A stretch of DNA of 64,000 nucleotides from contig OX597816.1 in NCBI GenBank assembly GCA_951406725.2, forward strand, positions 157,108,001-157,172,000. Reading direction: 5' to 3'. A model generated the notes under the pieces. The model saw only the letters and a list, made by a program, of their open reading frames with translations. It was not told the DNA's origin and ran no database searches. Of the stretch, positions 54,415-64,000 are shown in pieces. A program made the translations under genes and the position numbers. Source of the stretch: Octopus vulgaris. Taxonomy: Eukaryota. Position 1 is the stretch's first letter. Each line of letters begins with the position of its first letter.

Positions 54415-56047
54415 TGAAATGCGTTTTTACCGCTTGGATCGCTTTCAATGCCACTACGTCCCGTCCGATTAGCTCCAAAATTTACAGGGACATGTAGAAT
54501 GAGGTGACGATGCCAGTGGGCTACCTTAGAAATCCCTATCTTAAAAGGTGTGGTTGCTAGGGGCCATCTTCCTCACTCACGCTATTTCCTACATTACCCT
54601 CTCACTCCCCTTCATCTAGTCCACTACCGTTATTTAATGTAAGAACATTTTCACTCACTCTATCTCTTAGCTTCCCATAACTTTTACTCATGTATCTCTA
54701 TACAGAGAAACAAATATTCCATCGCCATCGCCACCGCATTCTATTGTCTACCTGTCAACGCGCCCTTCGACTAAATACAAACAGAACACACCAACGATCG
54801 TTTATATACATGTGTGTGTGTGTGTGTTCTATATATAAATATGTATATATAATGTATATATACAAAGTGTATATATCTGTATTTATGTATATTAAACTTT
54901 TTAATACTTTTTGATAGTTACGTGAAGGGAATTGGTTGCTTCTTTACACTTTTTGGGTGCAACTTGGGTGCGAGACAGATAATTTTCTCTGTTAATTACG
55001 TGACCAACAGGGGTCTAACAGGGGGAAATTATGCCTAAACATGAGCGCAGCGCATGTGAACATCCGAAGTGCTTTGAGTCGGGAGAAGAATTGAGCTGAC
55101 GCAGACGTGTTGCAAAACAAGGGAGTACACGTGCAGAACAGAGGTGCATGAGTGCAATAGGGCTTGCTAGGCTGAAATACAGTGTACAGTATTGAATATC
55201 CCAGTGATTAATGCGGTAAGGCTGAGGCTGCCAGTCAGTGCCTCGGTCGTGCAGGAACAAAAGTGTGGCATGCTGGCGCGTTGTAAGGGACAAACAACTT
55301 TCTCTATGTATGCGTGACCGACCTAGGGTCTTATAGAGATGAGTTGTGTTTACAAGGGCACATTGAGCATGGAAAACAAGCGAGAAAGGCATGTGTAGCG
55401 TATGAATGTGACAGAGATAGCATTTGTGTGTGTATTAACTATGTGTGTTCGTGTGTGCGACAGAAGTACAAACAAGGTGTATGCGGGCAAAACAAAATAC
55501 AGCGCATAGGAAAAGTCTCTCAGGGTATTTCAGACAAGATGGAGTTAATTTACCAGTTCGTAGTAAAGTACATAATAGCAGTTCGTTCTGTAACAGGATG
55601 TTCGGATCACAAGTGCAGATGCCGGTTGAACACATGTCGTGTAGTGGTTGTGGCTTCAATGCTGTGCCAGGTTACATTGGTACAGAAGATCTCGCAGGTA
55701 GTGCTGTGCTGTTAACCTCGGTGAAAATCATAACAGCGTGAAAGCTATACCTGAATGAATGCTATGTACATATTAGTGTTGCTGGAGATGAAGGCGACGG
55801 AGATGGAGACGACGAGAAGGTGAAGGACGACGATGGTGATGGCGACGGCAGAGAAAGGCCACGTTGAGATGAAGGCGTCGGTGGCGTTGCTGGTGTATGT
55901 TAGCATCGTCATTGGCTGGAGCAGGAACATGACTGGATGGTCTGGTCGTCTGTCGCTGGAACTGGAACATGATTGAGTAAGCTCTGTGTGGATGAAGACT
56001 GCGGCGGATTGATTGGTTCAGACTAGGTAGAAACTAGATTTTAGCTA

Positions 56048-56258
56048 AGTGTTCTATGGTCTATGACCAGAACTCGGGAAACTTGGTTGAGTGTTCTATG
56101 GTCTATGACCAGAACTCGGGAAACTTGGTTGAGTGTTCTATGGTCTATGACCAGAACTCGGGAAACTTGGTTGAGTGTTCTATGGTGTATGACCAGAGCT
56201 CGGGAAACTTGGTTGAGTGTTCTATGGTCTATGACCAGAACTCGGGACTTGGTTGAGT
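56048..56258. repeat. 42-bp tandem array, ~5 copies
   Basis: Unit AGTGTTCTATGGTCTATGACCAGAACTCGGGAAACTTGGTTG starts at 56048, 56090, 56132, 56174 and 56216. Confidence 0.95.
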
Positions 56259-56944
56259 CCTCATCTTATAAAATGTGACCCCAGTAGACCCAAATGAAAT
56301 CGGGTTATATTAACCAAAATGTGAAAAGGGGTCTAAATGGGGCTGGAAGGGGATTAAAATTTAAAGGGCGGGTGTTTAGCAATTCTCTGTTACATCGAGC
56401 TAAAAAATTTGCGCCAGCCTTTTAATCGTCAATGTGTTGCCGTCCATGATGAAGAAGTTTTGAATGCTTGCCATCGTGAGTCTACTGTCGTGAGAAAGAA
56501 TCAATTCAAAACTTTGTTTTTAGGGATTTTCTTTTACATCAAGTTCATAATTTTATGCCAGCCGTTGAACTGTCAATACGTTGTTGTCCGTCGTTAAGAA
56601 ATGCCAGCCATGGTGACTCTACTATCCTCAAATTCTATCCCTTCAAACATTGGTTTCCAATATTTTATTATTTTTATTCAGCTCGCAAGTTCGTCTGTCC
56701 GTTTTAAATGTTAGTGTTTTGCTGTCTGCCTTGAAGCAGACCTTTCCGTTGTTACTGCCTGATATTTATGATTGATCTTTCTAAATATTTTATTTCTCAA
56801 CTTACTCAAGATCTTTTGTTGTTTATAAATGGGAGAGAGAGAGATAAAGATAGAGAGTAAGAGAAAGCGAGGGAGAGTCCGAGAGAAAGGAAGAGTAAGA
56901 GAGTGGGAAAGTGAGAGAGAAAGGAGAGAGAAACACAGAGGGAG

Positions 56945-57250
56945 AATCATCATCATCATCGTTTAACGTCCGTTTTCTGTGCTAGCACGGGTTGGACAGT
57001 TTGACGGGTCTGGGAAGCCAGGAGGCTACACCAGGCTCCAGTCTGATCTGGCAGTGTTTCTACAGGTGGATGCCCTTCCTAACGCGAACCACTCTGTGAG
57101 CGTAGTGGGTGCTTTTTCGTGCTGCCGGCACAGGTGCCAGGGGGGCTGGCAGCGGCCACGATCGGTTGGTGCTTTTTACGTGCCACCAGCACAGAAGCCA
57201 GTCAAGGCGGCGCTGCAATCCGCCACGTTCGGATGGTGCTTTTTACGTGC
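56945..57250 (-). mobile_element. SINE or LINE-3'-end-derived repeat with (GAT)n tail
   Basis: Minus strand ends GGACGTTAAACGATGATGATGAT. Internal repeated GGTGCTTTTTACGTGC units. Confidence 0.55.
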
Positions 57251-57284
57251 TGAAAGGAAGCAACAGAAAGTAACAACCACACTC

Positions 57285-57317
57285 TGACCCGCTCTACGCG
57301 CGGGTCACCTTCAGCTA

Positions 57318-57318
<1 letters not shown>
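57285..57318 (+). mobile_element. Helitron-type 3' terminus
   Basis: 8-bp GC-rich hairpin TGACCCGC/GCGGGTCA, 7 nt spacer, then CTAG followed by T and (TA)n. Confidence 0.65.
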
Positions 57319-57367
<49 letters not shown>

Positions 57368-57368
57368 T

Positions 57369-57451
<83 letters not shown>

Positions 57452-57507
57452 CGGAGATGTACTCGCATAGCAAGTAATTTGATCTGAGATCGTGTGCTGA
57501 AACGAAA

Positions 57508-57782
57508 ACAATTGCAGCGTGGAAGGTGTTTATAAGCCATTTAAGAAACACACAAAAGCCGTTCGATTCACTCCAACATTTAAGTTTAATTTGTCAAAAT
57601 ATTTTCGTCGCTAAAATCCGCGACCTGTTCACTGACAAAGTCCGTGCTGCATCTTTGTCAGTCGCGGATTTTAGCGGATTTTAGCGACGAAAATATTTTG
57701 ACAAATTAAACTTAAATGTTGGAGTGAATCGAACGGCTTTTGTGTGTTTCTTAAATGGCTTATAAACACCTTCCACGCTGCA

Positions 57783-57787
<5 letters not shown>
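57508..57787. repeat. Fold-back inverted repeat, ~133-bp arms, 12-bp spacer
   Basis: 57508-57640 versus 57653-57787. The right arm has an 8-nt deletion and a 10-nt duplication. Confidence 0.92.
57590..57639 (-). ncRNA. Minimal type I hammerhead-like motif, G3-C8 variant
   Basis: TTTGTCA / GTGAACA / extra G / GTCGC-ggatttta-GCGAC / GAAA / A-TA-T / TT / TGACAAA. Stem I 7 bp, stem II 5 bp, palindromic stem III. Confidence 0.65.
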
Positions 57788-57819
<32 letters not shown>

Positions 57820-58283
57820 TCCTCTATTTTTTCTAGAAAATATGAAATAATCTTAAATGTAACATTGAAATAATAAAATGTCCTGGTCGAAAATTGTTAA
57901 CGTGTTTCATCACAAATTTCCTTTGCTACATTTCAGAATTTTTATTTCTTTTTCAGGGCGTGGTTGCATATTTTCTAACAGAAAATCCAACTTAATTATG
58001 ATCATTTAAAAGACTTTCCCAACAAATCTTCCGAATGTTTTATAACACCACCACAATACTATTTACATATTTTAATATACATGTCTCCTGTAACGAAGCT
58101 TACTTAAATTTATAATATAACTACAACACCATATATTTTGGTACAGGATAGCGTAAATGATATCGAATCTAATATAGACCGAAAAGGATTATACAAGATT
58201 TTATTTCAGAACGATTTGTTTTAGGCAATACAGATCTATATTTAAGAGATGAGGAATTATTATTGTTGTTGTTGGTATTGTTT

Positions 58284-58329
<46 letters not shown>

Positions 58330-58404
58330 GGTCACTGCTTGGAATCGAGCTCGGAATCTTGAGGCTACTAACCCCAAGATTCCGAATTCGATTCCAAGCA
58401 ATGA

Positions 58405-58485
<81 letters not shown>

Positions 58486-58650
58486 TGATAATAATAATAT
58501 TAATAATAATAATAATAACAACAACAACAACAACAACATAAAAAAATACCTTAGGAATGAGAACCGAGGTTCAAAATTTCCCCAAGACACCTGACAAAGG
58601 CTGGAAGGTGTATTAGCCGAAACGTTGTGTTAACAACAAACAAAATGAGG

Positions 58651-59200
58651 ATAATAGAAATATTAAAATTACTAAGTCTCTCTAAAAGAGAACAACGGCA
58701 GCGTTCCCGGAAAATAATAGTTATCGCCATACTAATATGGCATTCTTATAAAAATAAGAATAAAGCTGTCCGCTTATTAGCTCCATGAGGCCATCGCCTT
58801 AAGTTAGCTATTTGATACACAAACTGTATCCATATAACCTTCGAACAAGGGAGGTCAGTCGCTCCACACTACTTGACCGGCAGCTACAGACGCGCTTCGG
58901 GGTATTGCCCCTTTTCAATGCAGCGTAGCCAGACCAGTAGGTGTCGCTTCTGACAATCTCTGTTCGAAGGTTTTATTTACCTAGCTTCGGTGGAATACAT
59001 CCACTTGTTTTCAATAATAGAAATATTAAAATTACTAAGTCTCTCTAAAAGAGAACAACGGCAGCGTTCCCGGAAAATAATAATTATCGCCATACTAATA
59101 TGGCATTCTTATAAAAATAAGAATAAAGCTGTCCGCTTATTAGCTCCATGAGGCCATCGCCTTAAGTTAGCTATTTGATACACAAACTGTATCCATATAA
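58651..59200 (-). mobile_element. 363-nt-period partial tandem element (1.5 copies) carrying one HHR; retrozyme- or PLE-pLTR-like
   Basis: 187-bp direct repeats at 58651-58837 and 59014-59200 (one mismatch) flank a unique segment containing the HHR. The unit interrupts the tail of another repeat. Confidence 0.7.
58883..58924 (-). ncRNA. Minimal type I hammerhead-like motif (U3-A8, G at 15.1)
   Basis: GCTGCA / TTGAAAA / GGGG-caata-CCCC / GAAG / C-GC-G / TC (GUC) / TGTAGC. Stem I is 6 bp with one G-U. Confidence 0.65.
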
Positions 59201-59713
59201 TCCGTCAAATATAAATAATATAAATAATGATTTGTTTAGGATTTTTGATATGCAATGTTTCATTACCATGCCATAAGACCGGGAATTGGGCGAGGAATAT
59301 CAGTTTAGTCGATTCCAGTATTTGAGTGGTAAATATGTTCTCTATACCATCATTATGAAAGGTAAACTTGACTTCGGTATCAATTGAAGCTGGCACGTAG
59401 ATTGATATGAATAAATTTAGGGGCACTTGCGACATTGGAAGTTCACCCGTTAAAGTTTAATGCGAACCGCAAGGTGTTGAAAACTGTGACATGAATATCG
59501 TTACCGTACGTCCACTGTGGTGTCGTTTGTTCGTCCGAAACCCTGTCTACAAATTTTATATTTTTAAAATTTCTGGATGCTAGCCGTCGTATGAAATTTT
59601 CTAGTCTTGTCGTTAAAAGCATGAAACAGATAGAAATAAACAATCAACAACTAAGAAGAAGTCAAACTTCTTTTGGTATTTTGCCCCGTACTTGTCATTC
59701 AATTATAATCATG

Positions 59714-59775
<62 letters not shown>

Positions 59776-59999
59776 CATTATTATTATTCTATGTTTGACT
59801 TTTGCTTTATATTTGTACACGTTGGCTCCAAGTCTCACCCAGAGACCTCAAGAGACAACAGGGTTGGAAGTTCATGTTGTTGTTATGCCTAGTGTGCCAT
59901 ATATTTGGGGGGGTGGGGGTGTTGTACTAATGAATGTCTAAAAAATTTTTTTTTTTTAACCGAAAATTATGTTTGTTTTAAACCTTGAGATTATATAGA

Positions 60000-60040
<41 letters not shown>

Positions 60041-60045
<5 letters not shown>

Positions 60046-60599
60046 GAGTGCGAGAGCAGTGCATGCCATCAAAATGACACTGAGGTAAAATATACGAAAC
60101 CCTGTATACCCATCATGACCACCCGTCTGATAAGGGTACACTAGGCACATGCATCACAACTATATGTGCGCGACATGGTGATCTCATATCAAGATAAACA
60201 GCACATGACCTTGCAGGTGGGGCCCAATTAGAATTTTCTTCTGGTTGAGTAGCCCATCCTGCTCAAATGGTCCCTGAATAAGGGTTGTTTAAGGATGTTG
60301 AACGAAACACCCATGTTCCCAGAGGTGAATTATTCAATCCCCGAAGAATCCCTCTCAACACACGGCTATGATGCTCCCCCACTACTTTTGTTCGTGATCA
60401 GAGATGCACATATCGTCAGCCACTAAAGGACATGCTCAACTGGTTATGGTCAAACAACCGACAAGGAAATCTGTGGTTTTGAGCAGAATATTTGCTGTAG
60501 CCCATCTTTTATACCAAGACAAAACAATGTACATGATAACACTTCCAATCAGTTAAAATCAGAAACCATGAGAGCCACTGCCTGGTACTGCATCATGGC

Positions 60600-60602
<3 letters not shown>
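60041..60602 (-). mobile_element. Second copy of the ~620-bp element family, flanked on both sides by (ATT)n
   Basis: Full-length similarity to 37510-38078 in opposite orientation. Confidence 0.8.
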
Positions 60603-60681
<79 letters not shown>

Positions 60682-60691
60682 GTTGCTGTTA

Positions 60692-60725
<34 letters not shown>

Positions 60726-60775
60726 CATTATTATTATTGTTGTTGTTGCTGTTGTTGTTATTATTATTATTATTA

Positions 60776-60845
<70 letters not shown>

Positions 60846-60860
60846 CATTATTATAACAAT
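60601..60860. repeat. (ATT)n/(GTT)n triplet microsatellite; similar tracts at 58409-58538 and 59705-59788
   Basis: Direct reading. Confidence 0.95.
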
Positions 60861-62484
60861 CATATTAAATGAATGAATAAATAAAATATGAGTTTCAAAA
60901 TAATAAAATTTGAAACTGAAAGAAGAATTCAACACAGTTGTATCCAGTGTTAGAATTATATCTCTTACCTGGGTATTATGCGGAATGTCAAAACAATGTT
61001 TGGCAACGATTGTATTATTTCAATTTTTATTATATCGTGTGTTTTTATATTAGTTTCTAATATAAGACGGCGAATGTCATCCAAATCAATAACCTCCATA
61101 TTGTACGCGTCCTAATGGGAAGAACAGAATATTTGATATTGTGAACTTTTGGTGAACTTTGAGTCATTGTGCTAACCTCTCCGACCGACGTTAGAAGAAA
61201 ATCAGAGAGATTATTAAATATGTCGCGTTTGCTTTTGTTTCCGTCACTACTATTATACCTGCTGCTATTGTTCTCGCGACGCTTTTTCGTCTTTCTCTTC
61301 ATAGATTTATCGCACCATGTAATAGAAACATTTGGCAATTATAAGCACATTATCTCTTCCAAATACGTCAGTCATTTTCTACATATATGTTTCTTAGCCG
61401 GGAGGATGAGTTAGTGCCGCTAACGATATCGTTCTGTTATTAAATATTTTAGATCACTTGCTACCATTTGGCGTTTATCTCCTCTGTTGTTCGTCAGTTC
61501 CTTTGTCTGCCTGTTGTTTTGTTACTCTGTCTTGAATTAAGAGTAGTGGTTTATCATCAGTGACGAAACAACGACACTAGTTACCTTCTGAGTTCCAATC
61601 TCAGCATAGTCTCAGTTTCCTTTCACTCGTATGATGATTCCTTATTTAACTGCAGATCGTCTTAGAATCTAACAAATATATAATAAAATACATTTTAACA
61701 GGGTCTCACACTTAATTGTTTCGAATTAATAGGCTATAGTATGAATTTCACATGTTTTAAGTTTAATTTTCGTTCTTTCGTACATATTTTAAACATTAGT
61801 GGGAAATTATTAGCGAATTCTAATGTGTGTGCCCGTACATACGCATGTGTGAACTCAAAATTAAAACATTAACGAAATATTAATTTTCATAAGAAATAGT
61901 TAAAAGTTCTCGAAAAGGTGTCTCCTTTGGTTTTCAATGATAGTCACACTAAATCAAGTAGAGTGTCGGCATATCTGCAGACTATTTCCACAAATATGAA
62001 ACATATATGATGTCAAAGGCCACAAAAATATGTTGTTTCTTAACATATAATTGTATAAAGGACACTTCTGTCAACATCATGACATTTGAAGCTGGTTAGG
62101 TTGAAAATAGTGAAAATTGCACGAGTTTGATACTTTTTATTTACTGAAGATACTTAAATCATGACTTTTGTTTTCACTTTTGTACTTGCTTTAACTTTAA
62201 ATGACATTGAAGAAACTGTTTTCAAAGCTATGTCAAGTTCTACACATGGGTTTGCATTTGATGAAGTAAAATCTATGCTTAGTGATGGGGACAATGCCAA
62301 AACATTTGAGTTCGTGAAAAGTTTTGATGTGATAGAGAAAAATGGATTTTGTTTTTAAAAACAGTACCCAACAATTAGTAGGAAATATGTCTCCAGCATC
62401 AGATAACAAAAACCAGTGTCCCCAGTGTAATTGCTTGATTGCGAGCCTGTATGCGCTTATGTTAATGAAGTTATGTTATTGTAA

Positions 62485-62544
<60 letters not shown>

Positions 62545-62562
62545 ATGTGTGTGTGTGTGTGT

Positions 62563-62614
<52 letters not shown>

Positions 62615-63769
62615 TCGTGCGTGTCTGCTCGAATGAGCTTTAATAAACTAAGAATTTTAAAATTTGATAGATTGTAAATTGCAGGCTGGAATATTCACGG
62701 TTGATTATTCATATTCATTTGATTTTTCGCATATCATCCGTAATATCATTACGTACGGTATGCGTTTGACCTCATGTCCTCTTCATATTGTTTTACGTCA
62801 TGCAATGTATTCTTATAAAAATAGACAATAAAAATGTAAATACAGCTATAGAAACCGTTAAATATTGTATCGATTTATAAAAATTATAAACGTTATACAA
62901 GTATTATAGGATATCGCTGCAGTATAATGGGCTTATGTGGTTGTTCTGCTTTATACTGATACATATCATAGAGTGATATGAGGGCAGCAATTACATTCTA
63001 AACCTCGAATGATATGAGAATATTTAGATTCTATTTAAATTGTGCTATCGAGTGAGATTAATATATCATTTAAGAGTTCTAATGAAGACGTTGATGAAAC
63101 TGAATTATATTCTAGACGCATGAAATTGTTTTTGCGTGTTTATTGATAGTGTTAATTAGTAGTTTGGGTTATTCGAATAGTGGGTTATATTAGGTTGTTC
63201 CGAAAATAATGGCCGATTTCAGAAACATAATTTTATTCTGGAAAAATTAACAATAGAAATGTTTTGATTAGTCAAAGTATGAGACGCGAACATCTGTGCA
63301 TCTCTGCCATCGATCAATGAGATTATTTATGCCTCGTTGATTAAATATCATTGGCTTTGATGCTAAGAAATCTTAGAAAGCTGATTCCACGTCTGGTTTG
63401 GACCTGACAGTTTTATCTCTTAAAACTATGTTTAAATGTTTTAAAAAATGGTAGTCACTGGGTAAATGATCAAGGAAGTATGGAGGATGTCGTAAAGTCT
63501 AGCATGCCACGGTTGTGAGTTTCTGCAGCGTCATTCTTGCAACATGTGGCTTAGCATTATTGGACCACGCTGATTCACCAATGCAGGTCTCATGTTTTGC
63601 AAGTGAGCATGTATTTCAGCGAGTTCATTACAGTAAACCTCTGCTGTAATGCTGTGATTGGTTTCCAGAAAGCTGTAATGGACAACACCAATTTCAGATC
63701 ACCAGACAGTCACCATAGTCTTTTGCTGATGCTTTGGGGAATGTTTGGTGAACTCATCACGATCAAGTC

Positions 63770-63841
63770 ATGAGAAGTGGATCCTTTATGATAACCGTAA
63801 ACGATCACGTTTACGGTTATCATAAAGGATCCACTTCTCAT
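63770..63841. repeat. Perfect 34-bp-arm palindrome with 4-nt loop
   Basis: ATGAGAAGTGGATCCTTTATGATAACCGTAAACG-atca-CGTTTACGGTTATCATAAAGGATCCACTTCTCAT. Confidence 0.95.
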
Positions 63842-64000
63842 CACAAGTGACTATTTGGTCAAGAAAGGGATCATTGATGTATCGCCGAACTTTTTCATTT
63901 TCACTGAGTTCATGCGGTACCCATTTATCAAGCTTTTTAACCTTACCAATCTTCTGTAGATTGTATGAGACCGTTGCAATACCGACATTAGGTACTTGAG

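Noticed and set aside
56048-56258. CRISPR-like array or repeat protein (MVYDQNSGNLVECS)n
   Set aside because: Contiguous tandem units with no spacers, eukaryotic context, and both plus frames stay open only because the unit is a multiple of 3.
62161-62460. Short ORF MTFVFTFVL...NGFCF as a gene or hAT remnant
   Set aside because: 65 aa, no recognisable motif or splice context.

Overview
AT-rich, repeat-dominated eukaryotic DNA saturated with (TA)n, (CA)n, (CATA)n and triplet microsatellites. The SINE families and microsatellite load are most consistent with an octopus (coleoid cephalopod) genome; this is an inference from recall, not a database result. No host protein-coding gene can be called with confidence, and almost all ORF-track entries are microsatellite translations. 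The one near-intact coding unit is a very young Penelope-like retroelement (RT + GIY-YIG endonuclease, ORF 51332-53485), preceded by a ~2.25-kb near-identical inverted copy of its own 3' two-thirds (48686-50934 vs 52088-54335). Each arm ends in a minimal type I hammerhead ribozyme (HHR) motif. The window also holds at least ten further HHR or HHR-like motifs in several small non-autonomous families. Across them the catalytic 3-8 pair covaries (C-G, U-A, G-C). They include a 363-nt partial-tandem retrozyme-like unit, a candidate pseudoknotted HHR and a tRNA-headed element with an HHR tail. Other content: decayed Tc1/mariner, RLE-type LINE (HERO-like, R4/Dong-like), Tx1-like and possible Gypsy remnants, several tRNA-derived SINE families, Helitron-type ends, fold-back palindromes and a 42-bp array. 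All RNA structures were folded by eye; none has been shown to be active.
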